Notes under the pieces: generated by a model | The model's database searches: none | Seen by the model: the letters and a program-made list of their open reading frames with translations, nothing else | Told to the model about the DNA's origin: nothing | Part shown: piece by piece, positions 13,293 to 26,359 of the stretch | Numbering within the stretch: position 1 is the stretch's first letter | How the letters are laid out: each line of letters begins with the position of its first letter | Source: Octopus sinensis | Taxonomy: Eukaryota | DNA length: 64,000 bases | Direction of reading: 5' to 3' | NCBI RefSeq assembly: GCF_006345805.1 | Contig: NC_043004.1 | Span: 79,112,001 to 79,176,000, forward strand | Translations under genes and position numbers: made by a program

Positions 13293-13813
13293 GAAGCGAC
13301 AGACAGACATAGAAAATGTCGGTGGAAATGAAAATCTTCCGATAATTATAAAATACGAATTTTTGATGTCTGAAGAACATTAAATTTTAATTTTACCCCC
13401 TCTCGCTCCCCCTCTCCCCCTCTCTCTCTCTCTCTGAATGTAACTGATATTACTTATTCCACTGTATTAGAAGGCTATTGGATATTCATTATAAGAGACG
13501 CTCCATCTCCATTACAACTATATTCCAGTCAAAGCGTATATCAGTTGCAAAAGTCGATGCCAAATTATGATGCATTACGGAATTCCAAACCAGATTAGAA
13601 AGAGAAGTGGGATTATTGAAAACCGCTTTCGTTATCTAATGAGAGCAAATGGATCATAGCTAAGATATCACAAACGTTAATACTGGCGGCTGTTTACACA
13701 TTAACCTTATCCAATATGGTGGATGGAGGCGCAGATTGCGTCGTCGATCGTCGACCGAACACGAGATAGATTTCATAGAACCAGCGGCAAGTAAATGATT
13801 ATATATATATATA

Positions 13814-14309
13814 CTAGCAGTATCGCCCGGCGTTGCTCGGGTTTGTAAGGGAAATAACTATATAAGCATTTTTAGAGAGTTACTTCCCTTATAAATTCGG
13901 GCTTTCTTAGCCATTTTTGTTTTGGTGTCTTCAAGCCATGAAGTCGTTGTTCTAAAAGAACGCTGGTTTCCTTCACAACGCATTACGACGTTGGTTTCTT
14001 TACACTCCCTTCCCCACAGCTTCACGAGGGAGGGAAGGGGGAGAAGCAAACAGGTGCAGCTGTGAGCGTGGACGTCAACTCCGCCGCCATCGACATACGA
14101 TCCATTTTATGCATTAAAATGGAATAAAAAAATGATGTTAAATTATTTTTAAAATCGTAGACTCATCGTTGACGCGCGCTAATAGTCAGACGGGCTCGAT
14201 ATGAATCACGACTATAAGATACCCGAATTTGGTTAAACTGCACCGCAAAATGTGGGAGGAGTTAGGAATCTAAATCGAAGGGGACAGACACTCACACAAC
14301 TAGAGTTTT

Positions 14310-14312
<3 letters not shown>
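13814..14312 (-). mobile_element. Non-autonomous Helitron-type element, copy 1
   Basis: Minus-strand 3' end cccgagcaacgccgggcgatactgCTAG-t (hairpin + CTAG). Confidence 0.75.
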
Positions 14313-14356
<44 letters not shown>

Positions 14357-14357
<1 letters not shown>

Positions 14358-14651
14358 TAGCAGTATCGCCCGGCGTTGCTCGGGTTTGTAAGGGAAATAA
14401 CTATATAAGCATTTTTAGAGATTTACTTCCCTTATATAACCCGAGCAAAAATCATTAAAAATGCGGAAAAATGTTGGCAATTTTTTTTTAAATCGTAGAC
14501 GCGCGCTAATACCCAGAAGGACTCGATATGAATGACGACTATAAGATACCCGCTTTTGGTTAAACTGCACCGCAAAATGTGGGAGTAGTTAGGAATCTAA
14601 ATCGGAGGAGACAGAGTCTCACACACACAACTTCAATTTTATATATAAAGA
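14357..14651 (-). mobile_element. Non-autonomous Helitron-type element, copy 2 (internally deleted)
   Basis: Same CTAG/hairpin end; 5' TC-tttatata end at 14651; lacks about 200 bp present in copy 1. Confidence 0.75.
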
Positions 14652-14781
14652 TATATAATAATTTACTGTATTATACTGTATTTGCTGTATTATACAAAGA
14701 CAAAACAATGTACATGATAAGACTCCCAATCGGTTAAGATCAGAAGCCATGAGAGCCACTGCCTGGTACAGCATCAGAACA

Positions 14782-14842
<61 letters not shown>

Positions 14843-14844
<2 letters not shown>

Positions 14845-15074
14845 GGCGGTGAGCTGGCAGAATCGTTAGCACGCCGGACAAAATGTTTTGCGACATTTCG
14901 TCTGTCGCTAAGTTCTGAATTCAAATTCCGCCGAGGTCGACTTTGTCTTTCATCCTTTCGGGGTCGATAAATAAAGTACTAGTTTCGCACTGGGGCCGAT
15001 GTAATCGACCTAATCCCTTTGTCTGTCCTTGTTTGTCCCCTCTATGTTTAGCCCCTTGTGGGCAATAAAGAAAT
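14843..15074 (+). mobile_element. SINE family A, monomer
   Basis: Full head-to-tail match to other copies. Confidence 0.85.
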
Positions 15075-15121
15075 ATATATATATAGTCCAAATTGAGGGA
15101 GCAGAGCAGGGTAAAATCCAA

Positions 15122-15232
15122 GCTACGTATACATGTTTCCTAGCTAGCAGATCCTCGAAAGTATTAACTACTCAACGTTGAGTAATGTTTACTTCCGAGC
15201 GTCTGCTAACTAGGAAACGGATGTAGCGTAGC
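15122..15232. repeat. Loopless imperfect palindrome (probable foldback MITE)
   Basis: Centre tactcaac|gttgagta at 15176/15177; arms gctacg..gtttcctag..agcaga / tctgct..ctaggaaac..cgtagc. Confidence 0.75.
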
Positions 15233-16720
15233 CTGGATTTTACCGATAAATTTTGACTGTGTTGCAAACAATTTTTTTTTTTTACAAATATTTTGGCTCT
15301 GAACTATATATGAGAAATGATGGTTCTGAGTACAATTAGACACGTGACTTGTGACACATGATACGATATTTAATTAATTAGAAAACTTTTTTTGAAGAAT
15401 ATGTTGTCAAAATGAAAAGTTTGGAAAGCTCTGACATAGAGACTTCTTTATTGGCCCATTTTTTGTCCAATGAATAATGTTTAAGAGCAAAAACTATGAG
15501 AGCAGACAAGCGTAAATAATGGTTTTGCCGTTTATCATATTGCTATCATACGATTGATTTTCTGATTATTTCAGGACCGTTGTGTCGTTTGCGAAATATA
15601 ATATAGTAAACGATATGAATTCTCTATTAATAACATGCGATTATAAATATCTCATACACGAATGTGGAGTCCTATAACATTTCAAGAGTGACATAGTCAC
15701 TGTTATAGTCCCCGAGTGAGTTTAAGATTAAATAAACTAAAATACTAATCAATCATTCCGCGAAAAGTGGACAGATTATCGCTTTGTTATTTTTCATTTA
15801 CAAGGAATAAGATAAATTTTGTCTAATTCTCGAGTGTCATTCTAAAGAGTTGTGCTTTGTGATGATATTTCAGAAATACAGTGTATGTTGTAAAACATGA
15901 TTAAATATGGCGTTGAACAACAGCTTTAAAAGAGTGCCAGACGAAATACGTGTCAGTGTTGTTTAGAAGCTCAGCCCTGATTGAGCATATTCCCACCGTC
16001 ACTACATCCACCCACCTTTTGTTTCAGATACACTTTTAACTAGTTACGACATTATTGCTTTAATTACTGACGCAATCAAATCTTATAAGAGAAAGCTTCA
16101 ACTAGGACATCAGTCTGGAGTCGGAGAGCCAAATAGAGGCACGTGACTACCTGTCGCACCCCTGCCTAAAACATTCTACAGCCACTAGAACTCTGAGTGG
16201 GTCTTCAACCTTCCGGGGCTCGGAGTCATAGGGTTCTATCTTGCCAAATTTCTCTCGGAGACCTTCAACGTGTCGAACAAAATTATGAAAGACATATTTT
16301 AAAAACACACCCAAAACATGTATGGACTTCCTAAATCCTTAAAACTGATTTTGATTTTAATCGTGGCCCTCTTATTTTTACATTACGTAGAAACCCCCTC
16401 GGTGTTTGATTAGCTGTATATGTTTTGAATTCAAACCACGCTTATGTCAACTTCATGTTTACATTCCAATATCGACAAAATAAGTGCCAGTCTACACAAA
16501 TACCGGGTCGATGTATTCTTATGTAATAAATGCGGAGTGTTCCTCTACCTTTAAAGGCAATACTCAAACACGTCCACAGTCTTTTGACTAAATATAAATA
16601 ATAAACGAATGCTACATGTTTATATAAGCATACATATAAATATGTTGTTTTTATTTTTATTTTGGCGCTGCAAAATACATTTGGGTTTATGTTACGGTAT
16701 CTGTGGCACACTACTTGTTC

Positions 16721-16869
16721 CTAAAAGAAACTATATAAATCCTCCGCTGAGTGATTATTTTTGTCAGTAGAAGAGAATTGTCGTCTTTCTGACACCGCGG
16801 CCGCCATTTTGTTATTTGCTGATCGAAAACGACATTGTGGGTGATGTGTATTGAAGTTTTCATTCATGT
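16721..16869 (-). CDS. Candidate terminal coding exon of an unidentified minus-strand gene
   Basis: Strong acceptor ttTTAACttttctccgcttgccaccAG; phase 1; (D)MNENFNTHHPQCRFRSANNKMAAAVSERRQFSSTDKNNHSAEDLYSFF*; two AATAAA at 16650-16661; no recognised homologue. Confidence 0.35.
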
Positions 16870-17329
16870 CTGGTGGCAAGCGGAGAAAAGTTAAAATATA
16901 CATCACCGACAAATGTTAATATGATGGTCTTTTAAGTCGTTTATTTGAGTATTATTCAAATATGTGCAGCAGAAGTGGGGAACCATTTTAGTATCACAGC
17001 CGAATTGGACGTACAGAAGCACTAAAGAGGAGTGCATTTATACTATAAAAAAAAGACTATTTTTCTTGAATTTCCCCAATTCATAAGTACCAACAGACAT
17101 TCATTTTTATTTTTATTTTTAAAGATTCAGACCCGGGTTTTCAAACGGTGAGACAAGGATTTTAAAAATATTTACATAATATTAATGGTTTAGGAAATCC
17201 ATATCAAATTTTCAGTGTTTTAAAAACATATTTGTAATTTTATTAAGCACGTTAAAGGTCGCCGAGGTAAATTTGGCAAAGCAGAACACGATTCTCTCAG
17301 AAATTTAAAAGCCTGTAAGACTTCTTTTT

Positions 17330-17720
17330 TAAGGAGGAGCCCGGCAGATAGTCACGTGCTCCTCTTTGGTTCTCCGAGCCCCGAACAAATATATCGATTG
17401 AGGCCCTCTTTTATAGAACCTGATCATGGGACAAATAATGGTTTTCTAAGTGCTTTCTTCTATGCTCTTGATTAAAAGACATTTATACAATCTCCATTCA
17501 AAGTGCACCGGGAATATTTTGCTTTCCGTATTTATTGCGACAGGACTGTATATTTCATCTCCAGTGAGCCACGAAGTCTAAAACGTTGAGGACGATGTTA
17601 CACGACCTTCGCCATACTGACGTTTGTTATTTTAGCTCCGTTTAGTTGAGGATGGTTTCAACATTTGATGCCAGGAAAATTTTACCCACGGCCGGTGAGG
17701 TTCCTCCTTCGTAAGCAAAA
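17330..17720. mobile_element. Possible non-autonomous DNA transposon (TTAA-GG start)
   Basis: Short TIR aaggagga(g/a)cc at both ends; the terminal ~55 bp also occur inverted at ~16115-16180. Confidence 0.35.
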
Positions 17721-18138
17721 TTTTGATAAACAGAATTAGTTCTGACAAATAGGTTGTTTCGTGGGATATTTATTTCATTTATCTAGTTATTTGTCCATTT
17801 ATATATTTGTGTACTTTTCAAGATTATAATAGATATAGGATATCAACATCGAATATATCACTAAGACATTTCACAAGATTATGTTGCTGTTTGTCACTTT
17901 GGGTTACGATCAATGTTCCGGGTTAACACGCTTGGTTGTGTGCGCGTGCGAGGGTTTGTATATGTTATTGCGTATGTCTTCGTGTATATCTAAGCATGTG
18001 TGTGCGCGTGTGTGTGTGTGTGTGTAGGCGCGTTTGCGTATTTACATATATATATGACTATGTGTGTAAGTCTATGTATACATATATTATACTCACTCAC
18101 ACACATATATCTAAACTTATGTGTGTGTACATTATATG

Positions 18139-18223
<85 letters not shown>

Positions 18224-18648
18224 TACATATACTTATTTGTTTACACATTTGTGTATTCATTTATATACATATATATATATATATTATAACATGATACATA
18301 TGTACATAAACATTCAGATACATACATATGCATATATAGACAAATACATATATATACATGTACATAATATGTATGAATGTGTGTATGTATGTATGTATGT
18401 ATGTATGTATGTATGTATGTATTTATGTATGTATGTATGTATGTGTGTGTGTATGTGTGTATGTATGTGCGTACGAACGCATGTGTTAGCTTCCAAAACA
18501 GTATCAACCGACGTTTTCCCTTGACAAAGCTAAGCCTAGTGTGGTCTGTCTCTCGCTCTGTGTTTGATAGTTTAACGGTTCCATGAACTGGCTAATAATT
18601 CACACAAGCTAGTCTTAAGGAATGCTGATACACACAGGATCCTTGTAC

Positions 18649-18774
18649 CAAAATACAAGGCATATGTCTGCATGCGGAGTAAATCTCGGTGGAGTTCTTC
18701 AAATGTACATAATTTCGTTAGAGTTGCTGTGATATCTTCGGGGGTGGGAACTACGTTTCTGATTACTCTTTCGA
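18649..18774 (-). CDS. Candidate internal exon (126 bp, phase 1-1)
   Basis: tattAG acceptor, G|GTACAA donor; (V)ERVIRNVVPTPEDITATLTKLCTFEELHRDLLRMQTYALYF; non-repetitive, protein-like composition. Confidence 0.4.
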
Positions 18775-18878
18775 CTAATATACACACAGGTTTATACATA
18801 TATCTACGTATAAGTGTATAAATCTAAGCAAGCATGTGTGAATCCACATATATGTCTATATATACATACGTATATGTG

Positions 18879-18986
<108 letters not shown>

Positions 18987-19014
18987 GTGTGTGTGTGTGT
19001 GTGTGTGTATGTGT

Positions 19015-19258
19015 GGAGGCGCGTGGCTTAGTGGTTAGGGTGTCAGCACCATGACGTAAGATTGTAGTTTCGATTCCTGGATCTGGCGACGCGTTGTGTT
19101 CTTGAGCAAAACACTTCATTTCACATTGCTCCAGTCCACTCAGCTGGCAGAAATGAGTAACGCTGCGATGGACTGACGTCCTATCCAGCTAGAGAACACA
19201 TACGCCATAGAAACCGGGAAACCAGACCCATGAATCTGACTAGGCTTTAAAAGGGCGC

Positions 19259-19260
<2 letters not shown>
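19015..19260 (+). mobile_element. tRNA-derived SINE family C
   Basis: A-box gtggcttagtgg, B-box gtttcgattcc, body ttgctccagtccactcagctgg, (TTA)n tail. Confidence 0.8.
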
Positions 19261-19322
<62 letters not shown>

Positions 19323-19452
19323 AATTTATGATATATATTATAATAGATTATATATATATATATATAAATATTTATATTGTATGCATATTATCTATACATA
19401 TACATATAATATTCATATATGTATGTTATATATTATATATAATATATATAAT

Positions 19453-19500
<48 letters not shown>

Positions 19501-19502
19501 TA

Positions 19503-19713
19503 GGAGACATCCATCGGTCTCGAGGGGCCATGGATCTGCGCCCGAAGATAATTGTGTCAGCTGCTGATGGTGGTGCAGTGTCTATTATGGGTGTAGACTC
19601 CCACGCAGGAGTGGAAGTCAAGCATGCAGCGACTGCGTTTGACGGAACTCTCTGCCGGTGCAACTGGGATTTTCCTTTCACTGAGTGCACTTTTCTCTGG
19701 TCGAGACTTCCTG
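19503..19713 (-). mobile_element. RTE-clade LINE 3' end
   Basis: Minus strand encodes RCMLDFHSCVGVYTHNRHC (RTE-type CxxxFHSxxGLxSHxRxC) followed by ccatggcccctcgagaccgatggatg. Confidence 0.6.
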
Positions 19714-19719
19714 TTTTAC

Positions 19720-19770
<51 letters not shown>

Positions 19771-20081
19771 TGTGCGTGTGTGTGTCTGTGTGTGTACCAA
19801 AAAGGGAACAAGAACTCAACAGATGACAATAAAACATCTGGACAGATAAACGATAGAAAAACGGACAGGAAAAAAACAAGGACGGGTCGTTCGTGGCCTT
19901 CTCTCCTCAGTTAAGTTTCCAGATTATCCTTACAGTTTTGGCCGGTTACACGTAAACATATTCATATATATATATACGTGAGTGTGTGTGTATACCGTGT
20001 CTGTTAATCTCCATGTATCCATGTATCATTTTATTTTACAGCTATCTGTCTATCTATCTATCTATCAATCAATCTATCTGT

Positions 20082-20112
<31 letters not shown>

Positions 20113-20900
20113 TGTTATACATGTATTTATTTTATATGTTGTGTAGTTTTTTGCTTCCAGTCTTATACACTACTCTGTGTTTATTATATATTTCTGTGCG
20201 GGCGGGCGGGTGTGTGTGCGTGTGCACGTGTTTGTGTATTTGTGTGTGTGTGTGTGTGGTGTGTGTGTGTGTGTGTGTGTGTATGTACGTGTGTGTGTGT
20301 GTGTCAGCGCGCGCGTGCATCAGTGTGCAAGTCAATTATGTTTGCTTATACACGCACGGCTGAAGTCCCGCAGAATGACACATTTGTAAATAAATATTCC
20401 CAAACGTTAAACGTGGGAAGATCATATCTGGGATCAGTTTATACGCAATAACGTCACCCAATGCGAATTTACAATTTCCTATCAAGCATTTTATTGTGTT
20501 TTCCACCAAACATTTACGTTATCAGATTTCTGTTTAATTATTTAGAGCAATTTTTTGAAAATAAATACGATTATTATATACCATGAAACATACATAAAAT
20601 AGGAAAACAAAACCTGATTCCGAACCAAGAATTGAGTTTATAAAGTTTGGCTTTTGTCGTTTTTTGTTTTTCCCTATTATAAATCCATTTACATACAGGA
20701 AGTGAATGGATTTGTCAAGACAGGGATGATACACAAACACTCACACACACACGTATATATAGACATAAACATTCATATATCTGTATATATACCATATACA
20801 TGTATACATATATGCATATATATTTACATATATACATATATACATACATACATATATACATATATACATACATATATATACATATATATACATATTATAA

Positions 20901-20931
<31 letters not shown>

Positions 20932-21159
20932 GGTGGTGTGTGTGTTGTGTGTGTGTGTGTGTGTATGTATGTATAAAATACAAACTGAGACAAGAACGCA
21001 AAACATTTAGAAGGCGATACAAAAAACACGGACGGGACATTCGAAGCCTTCAATCTTCAGTCAAGAACCGGATCATCCTCGCAATTTCGGCTGCTTAATC
21101 TGACATATATATATATATATACACACACATACATATATACAAACACTATGTGCTTCTTT

Positions 21160-21330
21160 CAGTATCCGTATACTAAAACCACTCACAAGGCTTCGGTCGA
21201 CTTGAGGCTAGAAGACACTTTCCCAAAGTTCCACGCAGTGGGACTGAACCTAGAACCATGTGGTTGGGTACTTCTTACCACACAGCCACTTTTATTTTTT
21301 CCTGGTCGCATCCACATACATATATATATG

Positions 21331-21369
<39 letters not shown>

Positions 21370-21563
21370 GCACGCACATATATATATATATATTCATACG
21401 TGTATATGTATGTATGTAGGATGTGCGGTAAGTAGCTTGCTTACTAACCACATGGTTCTGGGTTCTGTCCCACTACGTGGCACCTACGGCAAATGTCTTC
21501 TACTATAGCCTCACGCTGACCAAAGCCTTGTGAGTGGATTTGGTAGACAAAAACTGAAAGAAT
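21160..21563. mobile_element. Head-to-head pair of SINE B 5' halves (- 21160-21290, + 21420-21563)
   Basis: Inverted family B heads separated by ~130 bp of microsatellite. Confidence 0.7.
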
Positions 21564-21575
21564 ATATATATATAA

Positions 21576-21615
<40 letters not shown>

Positions 21616-21794
21616 ATAAATTATATCAAGGAGGCAAGGCGACAAAAACGAAAAAGCAAGGGCGAAAAAAAACGACCTCACTCCACATGCTTGAAAATGC
21701 CGAAGTAGTATCTTAATTCCTCGGCATTTTTAAGCATGTTGGGAGAGGTCGTTTCTTTCGCCCTTGCTACTTTATTATAACTATATATATATAT

Positions 21795-21843
<49 letters not shown>

Positions 21844-21991
21844 AGGCGCAGGAGTGGCCGTGTGGTACGTAGCTTAATTACCAACCACATGGTTCCGAAT
21901 TCAGTCCCTTGGGCAATGTATTCTACTATACGCTCGGGCCGACCAAAGCCTTCTGAGTGGATTTGGTACACGGAACTGAAAGAAGCCCGTC

Positions 21992-22046
<55 letters not shown>

Positions 22047-22275
22047 TATACATATATGTATATATATGGTTGTGTGTTCTGTGCTGTCCCTGTCCCCTAC
22101 CAACATCGCTTGACAACCGATGTTGCTGTGTTTACGTTCTCGTAACTTAGCGGTTCGGCAAAACAGACCCATAGAATAAGTACTAGGCTTACCATGAATA
22201 AGTCCTGGTGTCGATTTGTCCGACTAAAGTCGGTGCTTTAGCATGGCCACAGTCAAATGACCGAGACAAATAAAA

Positions 22276-22278
<3 letters not shown>
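21844..22278 (+). mobile_element. SINE family B, full length
   Basis: ggcgcaggagtggccgtgtgg...cagtcaaatgaccgagacaaataaaag. Confidence 0.85.
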
Positions 22279-22325
<47 letters not shown>

Positions 22326-22350
22326 CATATATATATATATATATAAATAT

Positions 22351-22381
<31 letters not shown>

Positions 22382-22415
22382 ATATATATCTATACATATA
22401 TATATATATATATAT

Positions 22416-22454
<39 letters not shown>

Positions 22455-22466
22455 CATATATATATA

Positions 22467-22516
22467 CCCGTATTGCAGTGTCGTAGCTATATACCATATC
22501 ATATATATAATATATT

Positions 22517-22564
<48 letters not shown>

Positions 22565-22651
22565 ATATATATATATATACCCGTATTGCAGTGTCGTAGC
22601 TAATATACATATACATAATATATATATATATTATATTATATATATATATAT

Positions 22652-22700
<49 letters not shown>

Positions 22701-22763
22701 TATATACATATATATATATAAAACTATACATATATATCTATACATATATATATATATATATAC

Positions 22764-22816
<53 letters not shown>

Positions 22817-22852
22817 CTATATATATATACCCGTATTGCAGTGTCGTAGCTA
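22467..22852. repeat. 23-mer cccgtattgcagtgtcgtagcta repeated three times within (AT)n
   Basis: Exact copies at 22467, 22580 and 22830. Confidence 0.9.
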
Positions 22853-23289
22853 ATAGGAGAGCAAGGCGAGCGACCACTCTCCCACGAACACATGTTTCAA
22901 AATTGATGCCTTTCCAACAATTTTTTTGAACTCTTTACTCACCTACATCAATGTGTTTAACTTTCATACAAAATAACATTGTTAGTGATACAGGAAATTA
23001 GTGAATGTAGAATACAATTACATATATTTTAACTAATGAAATATTTCGTGTAATATAAGAGAAATGAGTTAAAACAGTTTGGTATGTATCATTTCGCCTT
23101 TTTTTATGTGCTCTCTCTCTCTTCCACTAACTTTAGAACCTGGCTACGCCTCTGATGTATAGATATGTGTGTGTGCATTATATATATGTGTGTGTGTGTG
23201 TGTGTATGTTTATATATATGTGTCTATATATATATATATATTGTATATATATATATGTATGTATGTATGTGTATGTATATGTAAATGTG

Positions 23290-23999
23290 TATGTATGCGT
23301 TTGTGTGTCTGTGTTTGTCTCCCACAACATCGCTTGACAACGATGCTGGTGTGTTTATGTCCCCGTAATCTAGCGGTTCGGCAAAAGAGACCGATAGAAT
23401 AAGTACTAGGCTTCCAAAGAATATGTTCTGGGGTGGATTTGCTCGACTAAAGGCGGTGCTCCAGCATGGCCGCAGTCAAATGGCAGAAACAAGTAAAAGA
23501 GTAAAGAAAAAGGGTATACACACATGCATAGAGATATATGTATAAGTGTGTGTTTGTATGTGTGGTGTGTGAGTGTGTATGTGTGTGTGTGTGTGTATGT
23601 ACATGCATTTACTCTTTTACTTGTTTCAGTCATTTGACTGCGGCCATGCTGGAGCACCGCCCTTAGTAGAGCAAATCGACCCCCAGGACTTATTCTTTGG
23701 AAGCCTAGTACTAATTCTATCGGTCTCTTATGCCGAACCGCTAAGTTACCAGGACGTAAACACACCACCATCGGTTGTCAAGCGACGTTGAGGGGACAAA
23801 CACAGACACAAACATATACGCACACATACATATACACACATATATATGACGGGCTTCTTTCAGTTTCCGTCTACCAAATCCACTGACAAGGCTTTGGTCG
23901 GCCCGAGGGTATAGTAGAAGACACTTGCCCAAGGTTCCACGCAGTGGGAATGAACCCAGAACCAAGTCGTTGGTAAACAAGCTACTTACCACACTGCCA
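23290..23999. mobile_element. Tail-to-tail inverted SINE B pair (+ tail 23290-23506; - full copy 23609-23999)
   Basis: About 200 bp of reverse-complement identity across a ~100-bp spacer. Confidence 0.85.
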
Positions 24000-24267
24000 C
24001 TGTATTTATGTGAAGAGAAAACGAACAGAAAAACGCGATTTTTTACAGGGAAAGAGAAACAAAAATTTCGTGTTTATATCTTCCATTTTATTACTGATCC
24101 ACCATATTCAATGGCCTCGAAGTATGGTCATCGATTCCATTTGTTAGAATCCCTTGACCAATCTTTTTTTTTTATCGATTATTGTATCTCAAAATCAATC
24201 AGTTTTGATTAAAGCATTTTCCCCATCACAATCACTTAGTAACATTTACACATATTTGGGTAAATGT

Positions 24268-24632
24268 GGAAGTGCAATGGCCCAATGGTTAGAGTAGCGG
24301 ACTCGCAGTCGTGGGATCGTGGTTTCGATTCCCAGACCGAGCGTTGTGAGTGTTTATTGAGCGAAAATACTTAAAGCTGCACGATGCCCCGACAGGCGGT
24401 GGTGGCGAACCCTGCTGTACTCTTTCTCTCACTCTCTTCCTGTTTCTGTTGTACTTGTATTTGAAAGGGCCAGCCTTATCACACACTGTATCACGCTGAA
24501 TCTCCCCCAAGACTACGTTAAAGGTACTCGTGTCTCTGGAGTACTCAGCCAATTGCACATTAATTTCCTGAGCAGGCTGTTCCGTTGATTGGATCAACTA
24601 GAACCCTCGTCGTCGTGACCGACGGAGTGCCA
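24268..24632 (+). mobile_element. tRNA-derived SINE family D with RTE-like tail
   Basis: A-box aatggcccaatggttag, B-box ggtttcgattccc, tail ggatcaactagaaccctcgtcgtcgtgaccgacggagtgcc. Confidence 0.75.
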
Positions 24633-25211
24633 CGATTTGGGTAAATATTTATTACCGATATATAAACAAATATACTTTTTTTTAATCTTTTACGGGTTTC
24701 AGCCAGAGGCTGAGGCAATGCTGGAGCACTGCTTGTTTATGTATGTATCTATGTATCTATGTATGTGCGTGCGTGTGTGTACGTGTGTACATGTGTTTAT
24801 GTGCGTGTATGTGTGTGCGTGTTCGTGTGTGTGTGTATGCGTGTGCGTGTTTGTGTGTGTGTGTGTGTGTGTGGTGTGTGTGTACGAGGCATTTCATGTA
24901 CGCATTTACGTTGGTGAACATATAGAAGATAAACATGCATGTTTATGCAGATTTGACATCTAAGAAGAGAAATGAATTTGAACGCGTAAAAGATATGAAA
25001 ATAAGTGTAAAAATATGCTGTGATGTTGAAATTTCTTATTGCTGTTTAACGTCGTTCATATATATCTACTGTGGTATTATTATCAATTAATATTATATTA
25101 ATCGAAATAATCCAGTACTAATTCATCAAATTTTCGTTACAATATACAGATTATGACATATTATTTCAATACTTGAAAATAGCCAATTTGAGAATCTGAA
25201 AACTCACTCAC

Positions 25212-25310
25212 CTTTCATTTCCGTTGAAGTTATGCTTCCAGCCATGCTTGTTACTATTTCAATAATGTCGTCTGCATGCCTTGCTACCGGAAGTTGATAT
25301 GATCTCATTT
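25212..25310 (-). CDS. Candidate internal exon (99 bp, phase 1-1)
   Basis: Consensus donor AAG|GTGAGT; one frame open across the exon: MRSYQLPVARHADDIIEIVTSMAGSITSTEMK; the acceptor (ttaAG) is weak. Confidence 0.4.
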
Positions 25311-25767
25311 CTTAAACAATCACAGCAGTATGGTTTCTTCCATTTTAACTTTACGTGCTTCATAATTTAGCTTTGTCATATCTTTCTCATTTGTTGAATT
25401 TATTTTTTTATATATATTTATTTATTTAATGATGTCAGTCATCCATATTATTTTGATAAGACTAAAGTGGGGGCAGCTATATTAATTCTTGTGACATTTA
25501 CACAATCTTTTCTTTTTTTATTATTTATGCTAATCTTATAATAACTGCTGATTGCTACGTGCAGTTATGTCAGACATTTTGTAAATTTAATTTCTTGAAT
25601 AATCTTGCTAATGGAGTATCACACACAACACAACACACACACACACACACACACACACATGCAATGTAGAGTTAGGTAAGACTTTTATAACTGCCTCCTT
25701 TTAGTGAATGTTACATAATTCCAGCTTTCTCCATTATATAGTATAGACGATAGTATATGTATGGGCG

Positions 25768-25908
25768 CTACTGTGTGGTATGAAGTTTGCTTCCCAACTA
25801 AATGGTTCCGGGTTCAGTCCCACTGCATGGCACCATGAAAAAGTGTCTTCGGTCGAACAAAGTCTTGTTAGTGGATTTGTTGATGGAAACTAAGAGAAGC
25901 CTGCCGTG
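25768..25908 (+). mobile_element. SINE family B head
   Basis: ggttccgggttcagtcccactgcatggcacc...gtggatttgttgatggaaact. Confidence 0.7.
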
Positions 25909-26306
25909 TGTGTTTTTGTGTGTGTGTATGTGTGAGTGTATGTGTGAGTGTATGTGTGTGTGGTGGGGATGTCTGTGTATGTGGAATATATCTGCGTATT
26001 TATTCTTGTGTCGCTTAGCAGATATAATCACCGATCAACAAACAGTTTATTCGCGGGAATTATAAGCAAATGGCTGCTGCTTGGCGAAACTAAAAGATTC
26101 GAGGTACTCCTGGCTCGTGAAACACAGCATGTCGAAATGCCGGTGTCCCAGAATCCTCAGTTCTGATGAGCCGAGACTGTTGAACGCACTAGTGTCACAG
26201 AAGAGAGAAAGTTGTCTCCTTTGACATACACAACAGCAATTTGCATATTTTGTGTCTGAACCAACCTTAACGCATTGTGAATAAATATGCAACTCTACGT
26301 TATATA

Positions 26307-26359
<53 letters not shown>

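Noticed and set aside
13460-13640. 48-codon minus-strand open frame after a pyrimidine-rich AG
   Set aside because: No homology and no link to other exons; within chance expectation.
16115-17385. Single MITE bounded by the inverted repeats at 16115-16180 and 17330-17385
   Set aside because: The putative termini face inward, so they are ends of two separate elements rather than one element enclosing the interval.
22467-22852. CRISPR-like repeat/spacer appearance
   Set aside because: Eukaryotic DNA, spacers are AT microsatellite of unequal length, and there are no cas genes.
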